A DNA stretch of 64,000 nucleotides, from IMG/VR virus record IMGVR_UViG_2919414237_000001, positions 3,338 to 67,337 of that record. One strand, given 5' to 3'. The DNA is from a virus (Duplodnaviria > Caudoviricetes). This document shows positions 8,928 to 18,736 of this stretch, one piece after another (the stretch's first letter is position 1; the number at the start of each line of letters is the position of its first letter). The notes beneath the pieces were generated by a model. It did no database searches. It worked only from the letters and a program-made list of their open reading frames with translations, and was not told where the DNA came from. Both the position numbers and the translations under genes were made by a program.

Positions 8928-9208
8928 TCCACCGCCTTATCTATTACGTAATAAAATTGCGTATCATCATCGCCTATAACGATTACTTGGTCGCCAGCAA
9001 TCAGCGAATAAGTAGCGACAATTCCCGCAATAACTAAGTCCTCACGCTCGAGCACCAAACCGTCCGAGCTGAGCTTTACCGATAAGTCGGGCAGTGGCAT
9101 AACGACCGTTGCTAGTTCGATAGTTACATCGCGATTATGGCCGTGCTTTCGCATTAGTTGGACCATGCGAGAAGCCGCCGACCCTTCGATATTTATCCGT
9201 TTATCCAC
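8924..9208 (-). CDS. DUF2577 baseplate spike-like protein (XkdR-like)
   Basis: ELATVVMPLPDLSVK; QFYYVIDK; position. Confidence 0.8.
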   Translation of the reverse strand: MDKRINIEGSAASRMVQLMRKHGHNRDVTIELATVVMPLPDLSVKLSSDGLVLEREDLVIAGIVATYSLIAGDQVIVIGDDDTQFYYVIDKAVE

Positions 9209-10636
9209 CTATAACACCCGCCTTATCTGCATAAAATGATTCGCCCAATAACCGCTTGTATACGTTTCTTCCTTACATCCGTCATTTTGAAGATTAACGA
9301 AATACCCTTTTCGCGTTACGATGCCGACATGGGAAACGCCAGCACGATAGGTTCCTTGGAAGAATATTAAATCGCCTGGCTGTGCATCGCCTGTCGATAC
9401 TTTTGAACCTTTCGCAACTTGCGTGGATGTGCCGTGACCGAGATTAATTCCGGCAGCATGTTCGAATATATACCAGGTAAATCCGGAACAGTCGCCAGTC
9501 CCGCCCGGTATATTCTTGCTACCGAATACATAGCGAAGTTTTCCTTTATAACTCCGCGCAAGGTCGACCACTTTATTCGCTTTGTCGTTTGTTGCAGGAG
9601 AACGCGATGACGAAGAAGACGTTGAGTTCTTCGCAGGCTCTTCCGGCGCTTCGTAATTAATCTCGTTAAGTTCGAGCGTTTTGGAAACCTTAAGCGACAT
9701 CGTGTGCATTCCGCTTGAGTCGAAGTTATGCGAATCTGTAATAACGTAAAAGCCTCCGCTAAGTCCCGTCATTTTTTCGGTAACTTGGACGGTAGCACCC
9801 GCAAAAACGTCCTTATGACCGATAACATCAACGTTTGATTCAGTCGCCACTTTGTTAAGCTCTTTTAATAGCTCCGAGGCAATCGGCTTCAATTGAGCGT
9901 CTGTCTTATCGCTATCGTCCTGTTTCTCGCGCATAAGTCCGTACTTCTTAATCGAGTCGGAATCGCTGACCGTAACGCCCTTTGCATCCGGACCACTTTT
10001 GCCGGTATAACGGACTGAGTTACGCAAGTCCTCGATTGATGTCGTCATGCTTGCGCCAAGTATGTTCGAGCCATCCGAAATGATTAGACGCTTAACCTGT
10101 TTCTTACGCTCGCGAAGAACGAGCTTTCCTTTTTCGTTCGACAATAAAAAAACCTTGCCGGTCTTCTTACGAGTTTCCGTCAAGGCAATTACGATCATGT
10201 CGTATAAAGTTTTATCGCGCAAAACTAACTTCGGCAAAACGTAGCCAGTATCGTCAATGTCGCCGTAGTCAATTCCGTATTTCTTACAGAGGGATTTAAC
10301 GATGTCGCTCGCCTTCATCTTTACGAACTTTTGCGAATCCGTATTTTTCGTTAAGTAATGGTTATAGTCGCGTGCAGTAATCCGCAAGGATCCGTCGCTA
10401 TTTATTTCAGTGCCGAATATGACTCCGCGAAATACCTCGTCATCATCGACCTTTAAACGGATAGTCCGCCCCACTTCGACCTTAATCGCCTGAGTGGTGC
10501 CATTATTCGTATTGTTAAGCGTAAACTCGCACGACCGGCTGGCCTCCGTAATGTCGCCCGCCCAAGTTATTCCAGTGACAAATGGCGTTAAATACGTGAT
10601 TTTCGTTCCGACGAAATAAGCAACCGAAACACTCAT
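9209..10636 (-). CDS. Baseplate hub (XkdQ-like) fused to NlpC/P60 peptidase
   Basis: N-terminal WAGD...ASR hub; C-terminal YVFG, GDCSGF, PGDLIFF, SHVGIV. Confidence 0.9.
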   Translation of the reverse strand: MSVSVAYFVGTKITYLTPFVTGITWAGDITEASRSCEFTLNNTNNGTTQAIKVEVGRTIRLKVDDDEVFRGVIFGTEINSDGSLRITARDYNHYLTKNTDSQKFVKMKASDIVKSLCKKYGIDYGDIDDTGYVLPKLVLRDKTLYDMIVIALTETRKKTGKVFLLSNEKGKLVLRERKKQVKRLIISDGSNILGASMTTSIEDLRNSVRYTGKSGPDAKGVTVSDSDSIKKYGLMREKQDDSDKTDAQLKPIASELLKELNKVATESNVDVIGHKDVFAGATVQVTEKMTGLSGGFYVITDSHNFDSSGMHTMSLKVSKTLELNEINYEAPEEPAKNSTSSSSSRSPATNDKANKVVDLARSYKGKLRYVFGSKNIPGGTGDCSGFTWYIFEHAAGINLGHGTSTQVAKGSKVSTGDAQPGDLIFFQGTYRAGVSHVGIVTRKGYFVNLQNDGCKEETYTSGYWANHFMQIRRVL

Positions 10637-11295
10637 TTCGGAATCACCAACTTCTGCCCCGGATAGATTCTATTCGGATTTTTGCCGATGGTCTTTTTAT
10701 TGGCGTCATAAATCTTGCGCCATTTATTGCCGTCTCCGTATACCTTACTATCCGCAGCAATCTTCCACAGACAATCGCCTGACTTAACGGTATATGTCTT
10801 TAATTGCGTTGGCTTTTGCGCTGGTGGGCGCGATTTAGACTGTTTTGTAAACTTCGGCTTTGACGTATCAATAACCTTAACGGTTGGTTCCCGATATTCT
10901 TTTAAAGTAAGCGTAAAATAAATATCACCGGGAGCTCCTGCCTTTTCCGCTTCCACTTCGAAATCTCGGATTGTTACGAGGGTATTTGCGCCCTTAACTC
11001 CCGTTACAACATACCGAATAGGCTCACGTTTGCTACGCCATTTTTCGATTGTTGAAACGAAGGAGCTCGGCGAAATAAATCCGGAATAACTGCAATAAGT
11101 CGCGTTATAATCCTTGGGCCAGAACGTAGCAATCGAGAACTCTTTCAGACCACGATAGCCGATGTTTGTAACTTCGCCGAGTCCTTCGACTTCCGTTTCG
11201 GTGTAGGCAAACGGAGAGCTGTACGCATAGGATTCGGGATTGACGGGAAGACGAAGCTTCGTTTTTCCGGATATCAACCAATATTCAATCGCCAT
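10633..11295 (-). CDS. LysM-domain tail protein (XkdP-like)
   Basis: LPVNPE, GDIYFTLTLKEYR, YTVKSGDCLWKIA...IYPGQKLVIP. Confidence 0.92.
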   Translation of the reverse strand: MAIEYWLISGKTKLRLPVNPESYAYSSPFAYTETEVEGLGEVTNIGYRGLKEFSIATFWPKDYNATYCSYSGFISPSSFVSTIEKWRSKREPIRYVVTGVKGANTLVTIRDFEVEAEKAGAPGDIYFTLTLKEYREPTVKVIDTSKPKFTKQSKSRPPAQKPTQLKTYTVKSGDCLWKIAADSKVYGDGNKWRKIYDANKKTIGKNPNRIYPGQKLVIPK

Positions 11296-13394
11296 TATGC
11301 GCCAGCACCTCCCGCTGCTTCGACTTTATTCGCAATAATTTCCATCAATTTATCGGCTGCATTTTCAATGTCGCCACCAACTCCGTGAATGTTGATATCA
11401 CCGTAAAAATTGAAGGAACCTTTTCTTCCATTGTACGCTTGATTCTCTTCCGGAGTAAGAATGCGCTCGCCCTTATGGAGACTCGCGAGAAATCCGTTGT
11501 ACGGGACATTTGATAAACCGCTGGCAAACCTTCCGAATACTGGTCCGCTGTTGCTCGCCTTTGTTGCGCTGACACGGCTATTTCTAGCGTGCAAGTATGC
11601 ACCGCTTACTGCGCCGGTTCCTCCTACTCCTTCGCCTCCGTTATCGACCTTTGTATTGCCCCAATATACTTTCGGAACAATCGGAACGTTTACGCCTGGA
11701 ATCTTGTTGATAACTCGGATCATTGCGTTTATGCCGCTTATAACGGTATTTACGGCAGATGCTGCACCGCTCTTGATGCTGTCCCATACTTGGCCGAATT
11801 TTATTTTAACCGTATCCCAGTTTTGATATAGTTTAACGGCTGCCGTGATTAGCGCCATAAGTGGACCGGCAACTAACCACGCAATAGGGTTATTTTTTAT
11901 CGTGTTCCAAAATTCAACCGTTTTTGCCTTTACCGTTTCCCAATTCCTAACTACTACAACGATGATACCGACTAAAGCCGCGAGTGCGAGTATTACAAGT
12001 CCTATCGGATTTGCAAATAATGCTGCGTTAAAATCCCATTGTGCAATTGTTGCGAGCAATGTTCCAGCTCTATATGCCGCCATTAACTTGTTTATCGTTT
12101 GAACAATCATTAACGCCGCCATTGCAAATTTAAACGTTACGACAGCAGCAGTAATTCCGATTATAGTTTCTTTGATGGGACCCCAGTTATCGTGAATAGT
12201 TGTAGCGAGGTCTAACGCTTTTTGACCAACTTCTTTAATTTTGTCGCCCCACGATTTAATTTGCTCGGGCTTTAATTTCGCCACCCAATCCGCAAACTTG
12301 TTCGCTGCATCCTTGATAACCGGCATTAATGGGAGCAGTACTGATATTTGCAACGTTTCGAGTGCGCCTTTAAATTGCTCAACCGCTCCTGACGCGTTAT
12401 TCATCTTTTGCTTTGCGACATCGAGTGCCGTAACTTTCGACATTTCCGTTTGAAACTTCTTGACGCCTTTTGCACCAGCTTCGTAAAGGATATTGGCCGC
12501 CCTAATTGCGTCAGTGCCAAACGCTTCCTTAAACGCTGCTTGCCGCTCTCCACTCGTTAGATTCTTAAACTTGTCGTGAAGGACTTGCGCAATGTCCGCC
12601 ATAGATTTAATGTTACCTTTGGCGTCATAGAAGGCATTGCCGTTCTTCTCCGTCTCAAGCCCTAAAACTTCGAATAACTTTGCAGTCTTTTTCGTGGTTG
12701 GTTGCAGTTGTAGTAACATCGACTTTAGCGACGTACCAGCATCGGAACCTTTAAGACCCTTATTCGCTAAAACTCCGAGTGCTATCGAAGTATCTTTCAT
12801 CGATAAGCCAGCACCTGATGCAACCGCTGCTACTGCTGATAACGAATATTTTAAGTCGTGCACGTCCGTAGCTGATGCGTTAGCTGTTCCGGCAAGAATA
12901 TTCGCCGCATCGCTCGCCTTCATTCCGTCTTTACTAAACGAGTTAAGCGACGTCGACATAATTTCGGCCGCTTCTGCGAGATCGAGTCCGCCAGCTGTTG
13001 CGAGATTGAGAGCCGCTTCTAATCCGCCAGCTTTAACGGTTGCAGGCGTTATACCGGCCTTAAGTAATTCTTCGATACCTTTTGCAGCCTCAAGCGCTGA
13101 ATACTTTGTTTTAGCGCCCATATCTAGCGCTAATTTTTGCATTTGCGCCATTTGTTCGTTTGTTGCGCCCGTTAACGCTTTAATCGTGCTCATTTGCGAT
13201 TCAAAATCCATCGCTTTGTTTACGGATGAAAATGCCACGCCAACCGCTCCGGCAGCCCCCGCAAGAAGCCCGAGATGTTTAGCCACTTCGCTAATGCCTC
13301 CACGCATAAGACCCATAGAACGTCTTGCGTCTTGCATGCCCCGCGTAAATTGCGCTGAGTTAAGCCTTAACCTGGCTGTTAAGTCGAAAGCCAT
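11295..13394 (-). CDS. Tape measure protein, TP901 family
   Basis: FESQMSTIKALTGA, TKYSALEAA, GLKGSDAGTSLKSML; Trp-spaced repeats. Confidence 0.93.
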   Translation of the reverse strand: MAFDLTARLRLNSAQFTRGMQDARRSMGLMRGGISEVAKHLGLLAGAAGAVGVAFSSVNKAMDFESQMSTIKALTGATNEQMAQMQKLALDMGAKTKYSALEAAKGIEELLKAGITPATVKAGGLEAALNLATAGGLDLAEAAEIMSTSLNSFSKDGMKASDAANILAGTANASATDVHDLKYSLSAVAAVASGAGLSMKDTSIALGVLANKGLKGSDAGTSLKSMLLQLQPTTKKTAKLFEVLGLETEKNGNAFYDAKGNIKSMADIAQVLHDKFKNLTSGERQAAFKEAFGTDAIRAANILYEAGAKGVKKFQTEMSKVTALDVAKQKMNNASGAVEQFKGALETLQISVLLPLMPVIKDAANKFADWVAKLKPEQIKSWGDKIKEVGQKALDLATTIHDNWGPIKETIIGITAAVVTFKFAMAALMIVQTINKLMAAYRAGTLLATIAQWDFNAALFANPIGLVILALAALVGIIVVVVRNWETVKAKTVEFWNTIKNNPIAWLVAGPLMALITAAVKLYQNWDTVKIKFGQVWDSIKSGAASAVNTVISGINAMIRVINKIPGVNVPIVPKVYWGNTKVDNGGEGVGGTGAVSGAYLHARNSRVSATKASNSGPVFGRFASGLSNVPYNGFLASLHKGERILTPEENQAYNGRKGSFNFYGDINIHGVGGDIENAADKLMEIIANKVEAAGGAGA

Positions 13395-13432
13395 TTAGTT
13401 TCCTCCTTTCCGCAAAATAAAAAGGCGTCAGA

Positions 13433-14587
13433 TTATGACACCTCGTTTCGCAAAATATTTTCGATATTATCAAACTCGTAATAAGGTATTCTTAAAAGCT
13501 TGATGTTTCGTTCTTTACAGTAGTTATTTTTTAACTCATCTCGCTTTTTAACTGTTTCCAAATTCGACTTGAAGTATTCTATGTTTTGGAAATGGTGCAG
13601 TCCGTCGAATTCTATTAACAATTTAGGGTTATTACTTCCATCAAGTATTGCAAAATCAAACCTAAGTTTATTCTTGTACACTAAATCGTCAAACGTAAAT
13701 TCTTTCTCGAAAATTAAATTAGTTTGCGATTCTAAATAAGTTTGAATCCTTTTTTCTCCTTTACTACTTGCGCATTTCGGGCAACGATTCCCCGACATGA
13801 AATAGTTGGGAGCGGACTCGTATTCGTGACCGCATTCTAAATGTTTAAAAATTACTTTAGAATGACTGTCTTTATAATCAGATAATACTTCGTACTCTGA
13901 ATACTTAGCTACCTCAGATAAAAACCGTTCTTTAAAAATCTGTCTTTTAGTTGTTTTTGATTTTTTAATCGCGCAGTTATTACACGCTCCGTTACCTCTA
14001 AACAAATTTGCTGGTAAGGGATGACCAATATGGTTACACTTTTTACAACGTATCGTTACTGGTTCGCTAGTACCTTTATACTCGCTAAGTACATCAAAGG
14101 AGTCTAACTGCTCTTTTGTCAGTCTACTTAAAAATTCTTTATGCGTAAGTTTATTTGGAGGTACGGAACTTTTATATCTGCATTTAGGGCAGCGACCCCC
14201 TTCCCTAAATACTCTCGCAGAATTTTCGTAAATGTGTCCACAACTAGAATGCTTAAGTTTTATTGGGTTATTCATACCTGTATAGGTACTTAATACTTCG
14301 TAATCGCCACGCCCTTCTAGGTATACGAAATCTTTGTACTTTTTGTCGTCCCAAACATCCGCAGTTCCATCACATCTAGGACAAAACCTCTTTTTACTTA
14401 GAAATTTGTCTGGAGTTCTTGAAATTCTATATCCACAACGATGTTCAAACTCTATAGGTGTTTTAGCACTTACGTACTCGCCTATGACTACATACTCATT
14501 TCCGACTTTTTCCTTTACTTCAGCAACAAACTCCTCGTGTGTCTTACGTTTCCCTATCGCAATCTCCTCCGTTTCATTTCGTCCCAA
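13433..14587 (-). CDS. Free-standing homing-endonuclease-like protein: four Zn-ribbon repeats plus Vsr/PD-(D/E)XK-like nuclease
   Basis: Four CPxC-ending repeats; SKGEKRI, LRFDF, LIEFDGLHHF; AT-rich relative to flanks; start may be ATA at 14557. Confidence 0.8.
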   Translation of the reverse strand: MGRNETEEIAIGKRKTHEEFVAEVKEKVGNEYVVIGEYVSAKTPIEFEHRCGYRISRTPDKFLSKKRFCPRCDGTADVWDDKKYKDFVYLEGRGDYEVLSTYTGMNNPIKLKHSSCGHIYENSARVFREGGRCPKCRYKSSVPPNKLTHKEFLSRLTKEQLDSFDVLSEYKGTSEPVTIRCKKCNHIGHPLPANLFRGNGACNNCAIKKSKTTKRQIFKERFLSEVAKYSEYEVLSDYKDSHSKVIFKHLECGHEYESAPNYFMSGNRCPKCASSKGEKRIQTYLESQTNLIFEKEFTFDDLVYKNKLRFDFAILDGSNNPKLLIEFDGLHHFQNIEYFKSNLETVKKRDELKNNYCKERNIKLLRIPYYEFDNIENILRNEVS

Positions 14588-14620
14588 ATGCGTCTATCTC
14601 CATTCAGAAATAACGCTCCT

Positions 14621-14655
14621 ACTTTATATGTCGCGTGACATTCTGAATTCGCGCA
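14621..14655 (-). promoter_or_regulatory. 35-bp TGCGCGA-anchored motif, copy 1
   Basis: ACTTTATATGTCGCG-N13-TCGCGCA; same geometry as five other copies. Confidence 0.6.
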
Positions 14656-14700
14656 CTTCTACTACGTATGACGCACGACCTTTGAATTTCGGACGTATTC

Positions 14701-14735
14701 ATTAAATAATAGGAATGCCTTTGCAATTTCGCGCA
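14701..14735 (-). promoter_or_regulatory. 35-bp TGCGCGA-anchored motif, copy 2
   Basis: ATTAAATAATAGGAA-N13-TCGCGCA. Confidence 0.6.
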
Positions 14736-14745
14736 GGAAACGGAG

Positions 14746-14919
14746 TTATTTATTTTTGCGTCGTTCTTTCTCTTCTTCCTCGAAAACCAATTCCATCGAG
14801 GCGTACATAAACGCTCTGTGTCGTTGTTCTTTAGCAAAAACTTCATCAGGTGGGATGTGATGCCGTTGGAAAATCGCGTGCAATAACGCTGCTTCTCCCC
14901 CGGCCTCAATTAGTTTTTT
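14746..14919 (-). CDS. -1 frameshift extension of the tail assembly chaperone (LIEAGGEAALLHAIFQRHHIPPDEVF...ERRKNK)
   Basis: Slippery A AAA AAC at 14913-14919 just before the TAA; -1 frame open for 55 codons to TAA at 14746. Confidence 0.8.
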   Translation of the reverse strand, partial: KKLIEAGGEAALLHAIFQRHHIPPDEVFAKEQRHRAFMYASMELVFEEEEKERRKNK

Positions 14920-15305
14920 GCTTTATCGATTTGGTCGTCAAAATTATCGAACCCGGAAACTTCCATAATAGCTTGCGTTAGCTTCGCAAGTTCCCCGGCA
15001 AGTAGCGCCTTCTGGACGCAATCAGCCGCATCGGAAGCTTCGTACTTTTCTAATAGTTTCACGTCACCGAAATTTAAATTCGCACTTGCTGCCACGATTA
15101 ATAATGCGTTCATTTTTTGCTCGTCGATTTGGGCCTCTCTCTTTGCGCCCTTACCAACGTGATGAGTCGCTTGCTCCGTGATTTTTCCGAATGTCTTAAC
15201 GTCAATTGATTTAACGATTAAATCTACGCCTAACCGTTTAATCGGTACGGCTTTCTCCACTTTTAACTCCGCGCCTAATAGCGCTGATAATGCATCTTGC
15301 GACAT
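14910..15305 (-). CDS. Tail assembly chaperone (XkdN-like)
   Basis: Between tube and tape measure; LLAGELAKLTQAIMEVSGF. Confidence 0.88.
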   Translation of the reverse strand: MSQDALSALLGAELKVEKAVPIKRLGVDLIVKSIDVKTFGKITEQATHHVGKGAKREAQIDEQKMNALLIVAASANLNFGDVKLLEKYEASDAADCVQKALLAGELAKLTQAIMEVSGFDNFDDQIDKAKN

Positions 15306-15366
15306 ATATGTTAACCTCCCAGGTTATTTTCGAATTTAAAAAGGCGAGCAAAGCGCCCGCCATACG

Positions 15367-15801
15367 TTACATTTTGATTTTGTCTAGTAAGTCGTAACCG
15401 CTGAAAGTAAACGGAAGTTCTTCCTCAACAAGTGAGCCCACTTCGAATTTACTTAACGGAATTTGGTCGAACTGAACGCCTTTTAACATAACGCGCTCCG
15501 CTCCGTATGCTTCCGGATCATCTAACTTTAAAATAATCGATGTTACGTATGGTTTTCCTCTGTCGCTTGCAACGCTTCCGATTAGCGATGTGAAATCGGA
15601 TGTGATTTTGTAGCCGGAAATTGTTCCGCTACCTTTTATAGATGTTACTTTATGACCGGTCCAACGAGTACCCGACCGCTTAATTTCTTCTTTATCAATG
15701 TCCACGACCGCTTCGGCTGATTGGACGTTGGTGAGCCATACACCTTCGTGCCATACCTCGCCGTAGCTACCGTTAATTGTGCGAGTAGCATCTAAAGCCA
15801 T
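15367..15801 (-). CDS. Tail tube protein (XkdM-like)
   Basis: INGSYGEVW, KLDDPEAYGAERV, EEELPFTF. Confidence 0.92.
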   Translation of the reverse strand: MALDATRTINGSYGEVWHEGVWLTNVQSAEAVVDIDKEEIKRSGTRWTGHKVTSIKGSGTISGYKITSDFTSLIGSVASDRGKPYVTSIILKLDDPEAYGAERVMLKGVQFDQIPLSKFEVGSLVEEELPFTFSGYDLLDKIKM

Positions 15802-15815
15802 TTATCCCACCGTCC

Positions 15816-16865
15816 TTATACGTTAATTGTTAAGAAAATACGTTCCATTGAATCGATTTCCGTAAATGCAATCGCAAGGTAAACGGAGTCGCCAACGGAT
15901 TGGAATTGCGGATCTAATCCGACTACAATGTCCGTTAGTACATTCGATTGCTCAAGCGTTTCAAGATACGTCTTGACCGCGCTAATCAACGCCGCCTGAC
16001 CGTCAGCATTATTGTCAATGCGTCCGATATAGGTATCGTTAGCAGTTTTCGTCACATCGGTTAATACCGCTTGACGAGCGCGCTCCTTACGAATCTTACT
16101 GACGGAAGTTGTTAAGCCTTGCTCCACCTTAACCTTTTCGCCATCGTTCGTAAGAACTAGCGATCCTTTCGAAAGGGACGTTTTGATTTGCGAATTGGTC
16201 AAGCGCTTCGTAACGTCATCCACCGGCACCACGCGATAAGTAATGCTCTGATTAATCGGCGTACCTGCGATAAGCCCCGCAATATACGGAGCGTATTTCG
16301 CAGATGTATACGTGTTTCCGTCGATTGTAACTCCGCTAATTAAGTTGACAGCGTACTCATCAAGTAAACGAATTGAACGCGCATCTCCGACCGCTGGGTC
16401 GTTATCGTCCGCAGCTACGGCGCATCCAAATACGATCATAAAGTGCTTTCCTTCGTCCTTGTTCGCTTTAACCCACGTAAGAGCTGCGTCTTGTTCAGTC
16501 GCAACTACTTCTTCCGCATAAGCAAAGACGTTAAACGGACGAGTGTCATAAGCTAATCGCATATCTGCATAGTCTTGCGTTACTGGCGACGCCGGCAACG
16601 TATACACAAGCACCTCTTTTGCGCCAGCCTGTAACGCAAATTTAATTGGCTGAATATTCCCCGAACCAAACAATGCTCCAGCGTCAGTTTCGTTCGAAAC
16701 CGTGTAGAAATTTTTAGCGACTGCTGTCCCGCTATATGTTTTTAATGGAATCGCCACAGTACCACGTTCGCCACCGCTGATTTGAGCAATTGCGCTCTCA
16801 ACGAAATTAGCGTATAAGCCTGGACGAATCGGTAGTGACGTAGAATCCCAAGAACCGCCTGCCAT
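15816..16865 (-). CDS. Tail sheath protein (XkdK-like)
   Basis: RPGLYANF, YIAGLIAG, YIGRIDNNADGQ, MERIFLTINV; RBS places the start at 16865. Confidence 0.92.
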   Translation of the reverse strand: MAGGSWDSTSLPIRPGLYANFVESAIAQISGGERGTVAIPLKTYSGTAVAKNFYTVSNETDAGALFGSGNIQPIKFALQAGAKEVLVYTLPASPVTQDYADMRLAYDTRPFNVFAYAEEVVATEQDAALTWVKANKDEGKHFMIVFGCAVAADDNDPAVGDARSIRLLDEYAVNLISGVTIDGNTYTSAKYAPYIAGLIAGTPINQSITYRVVPVDDVTKRLTNSQIKTSLSKGSLVLTNDGEKVKVEQGLTTSVSKIRKERARQAVLTDVTKTANDTYIGRIDNNADGQAALISAVKTYLETLEQSNVLTDIVVGLDPQFQSVGDSVYLAIAFTEIDSMERIFLTINV

Positions 16866-16870
16866 TTGCT

Positions 16871-17317
16871 TCACTCCTTAATGCCCGCGTTAACGGACAT
16901 GATTTTTTCGTAAGTTTCAAAGTCGCGGGCTTCGCGTGTCTCCGTTTGTAAAACGGCAATCACCGCATTAACTCCGCTCGCCGACTTAAAAGGCGTTGTA
17001 AATGAAAAACCCTTCACGCGTATGTAGCGCAAAGAGTCTCGAATAGGAATCGCAAAATTCCCGTTATTAAATAGCCGGCTTAATTCGTCGACCTTCGTTA
17101 AAACGTCAACCGAACTCTTGCCGAAATAAATGAGCTGAAATTCTCGATCATTTCGGTATGAAAACCGCGTCTCCGTTTGTGTATCGTTATATTGCAACCG
17201 CACAACGAACGTGTTCGCAGCAGGTGATTCCGGCACGTCCTGTCGTTCGATTGTTGCAGTCGAATAGGTCGCCTTCAAAAAATCGTAGATTGAGTTTAAT
17301 TCGTTAACTACGGACAA
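16871..17317 (-). CDS. Tail terminator-like protein
   Basis: Position directly before the sheath; FQLIYF motif. Confidence 0.7.
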   Translation of the reverse strand: MSVVNELNSIYDFLKATYSTATIERQDVPESPAANTFVVRLQYNDTQTETRFSYRNDREFQLIYFGKSSVDVLTKVDELSRLFNNGNFAIPIRDSLRYIRVKGFSFTTPFKSASGVNAVIAVLQTETREARDFETYEKIMSVNAGIKE

Positions 17318-17323
17318 TTACCG

Positions 17324-17725
17324 TCACCATCCTTCGCGTTCAAGTTGCGTGCGTATTTCTTCCTCGACCCAACGCATCCATTTGTCTTTGTTTTCTTCGG
17401 CGGACTTGTCGAGGTATTTCTTTTCGCCACCGATATTTTTACCGCCAGCATCCAATTCGTGAATATAATAGGCGTAGTTAAAATTGCGCTCTTTTGCTAC
17501 GGACGAAATCTCAGCGGTTAAGTCCATATCCCGACCGCGAACCTCTTCCGCTTTAATTCCACGGCGAAGGGTTCCTTTGTCAATCGGCGCAATATTTCGC
17601 GCTTGTAGCACCCAGTCGTCGAGCGAATCGTGCAATCCGCGCCTGGCTCCTCTTGCCGCAGCTTCCGGAGAACGTGCGAGTAACGATGCCAGCCGCGTAG
17701 TATCTAGTTCGAAATCCCGTGCCAT
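17324..17725 (-). CDS. HK97 gp10-like neck protein
   Basis: APIDKGTLRRGI; NYAYYIHE. Confidence 0.85.
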   Translation of the reverse strand: MARDFELDTTRLASLLARSPEAAARGARRGLHDSLDDWVLQARNIAPIDKGTLRRGIKAEEVRGRDMDLTAEISSVAKERNFNYAYYIHELDAGGKNIGGEKKYLDKSAEENKDKWMRWVEEEIRTQLEREGW

Positions 17726-18063
17726 TATACGCTCACCACCGTTAGAATCGGCTTACCGTTTAACCGCTTGATATCGATTGTTAAAGGCGGATATTTACGG
17801 GTGATGCCGAGTTCATTCGTGTATTCGAACTCATCGGTAGGTTGCACGTCGGCAAGTTTATCGAAATAGATTTGCGCAGTGGATACGACTTCAGTCGAGC
17901 TGATGCTTTGGACTCCACTTGTGCCGGAAGATGAGCGAACTAATTTCGCGCCCTCCGTGATGGCGCACTTCATGTCGACGCGTTCTTCGGACTCTGTGCC
18001 GTCCCAATCACTGCCTGACTTGCGAATGCGTGTAACGGTTTGCTTCATCGGCATAATCGCCAT
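17725..18063 (-). CDS. Head-tail joining/closure protein
   Basis: Position and size; MPMKQTVT start. Confidence 0.7.
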   Translation of the reverse strand: MAIMPMKQTVTRIRKSGSDWDGTESEERVDMKCAITEGAKLVRSSSGTSGVQSISSTEVVSTAQIYFDKLADVQPTDEFEYTNELGITRKYPPLTIDIKRLNGKPILTVVSV

Positions 18064-18453
18064 CTACAACACCGTCCATTTCGGGCGTCGGCCACCGGTG
18101 CCACCAATATCGACGCCGTTTTCCTGGCCGATTAAGTGTCGCGCCGTTGCCGGAATCATCGACTCAATCGACTCCTTGCCGCCATCAAATGTAAACTGAA
18201 TGCCCGCCACTGAGAACGACTTCACTCCGTTTTGTTTCTGCGCATTGGTATCGTTGAAAGCTACCGTCAATACTGCTGCGTACTCATATACCGCATTGTC
18301 CGGAATCGTATATGCCGGATAGACGCGAGTCAGCGTTGATGAAGCGACATTTAACAACCGTTGTTTTTTCGCATCGTCGCTGTCGGTCCAATCGTCAATT
18401 ACGATTACGTTCGATTCGATATAAGAATCCGCGTCAAAAATATTAACCGCCAT
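18064..18453 (-). CDS. Head-tail connector protein
   Basis: ADSYIESNV...WTDSDDAKKQRLL; GVKSFSVAGIQFTF. Confidence 0.75.
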   Translation of the reverse strand: MAVNIFDADSYIESNVIVIDDWTDSDDAKKQRLLNVASSTLTRVYPAYTIPDNAVYEYAAVLTVAFNDTNAQKQNGVKSFSVAGIQFTFDGGKESIESMIPATARHLIGQENGVDIGGTGGRRPKWTVL

Positions 18454-18469
18454 TTAGTCCACCTCCGTC

Positions 18470-18676
18470 TTATTTACTGGAGGACTTTTTCGCAGGCGCT
18501 TTAGGCTTCGGCGCTTCCTCCGATTTTGGTTCGTCTACACGGACCACGTCCGCTAAGGTTTCGAGCACCTTAATTTCGCATTCTTTTTCGGTGCTGAATT
18601 CTCCGTTGTGGAATCGATGAAACTCATCGCAACAGTAGAAGCCCAGCTCCGGAAATCTTGACGTAAATTTTGCCAC
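18470..18676 (-). CDS. Hypothetical head-associated protein
   Basis: GAGGTG RBS; located after the capsid gene. Confidence 0.7.
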   Translation of the reverse strand: MAKFTSRFPELGFYCCDEFHRFHNGEFSTEKECEIKVLETLADVVRVDEPKSEEAPKPKAPAKKSSSK

Positions 18677-18736
18677 GTTATCACCTCAATAAAGAAAGCC
18701 CGCAATCGAATGACTACGGGCAAATTTGCGAATCTA

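Noticed and set aside
14619-14909. 96-aa ORF MRPGEKQRYC...
   Set aside because: No RBS; it overlaps the -1 frameshift extension of the chaperone and the motif copies, which explain the region better.
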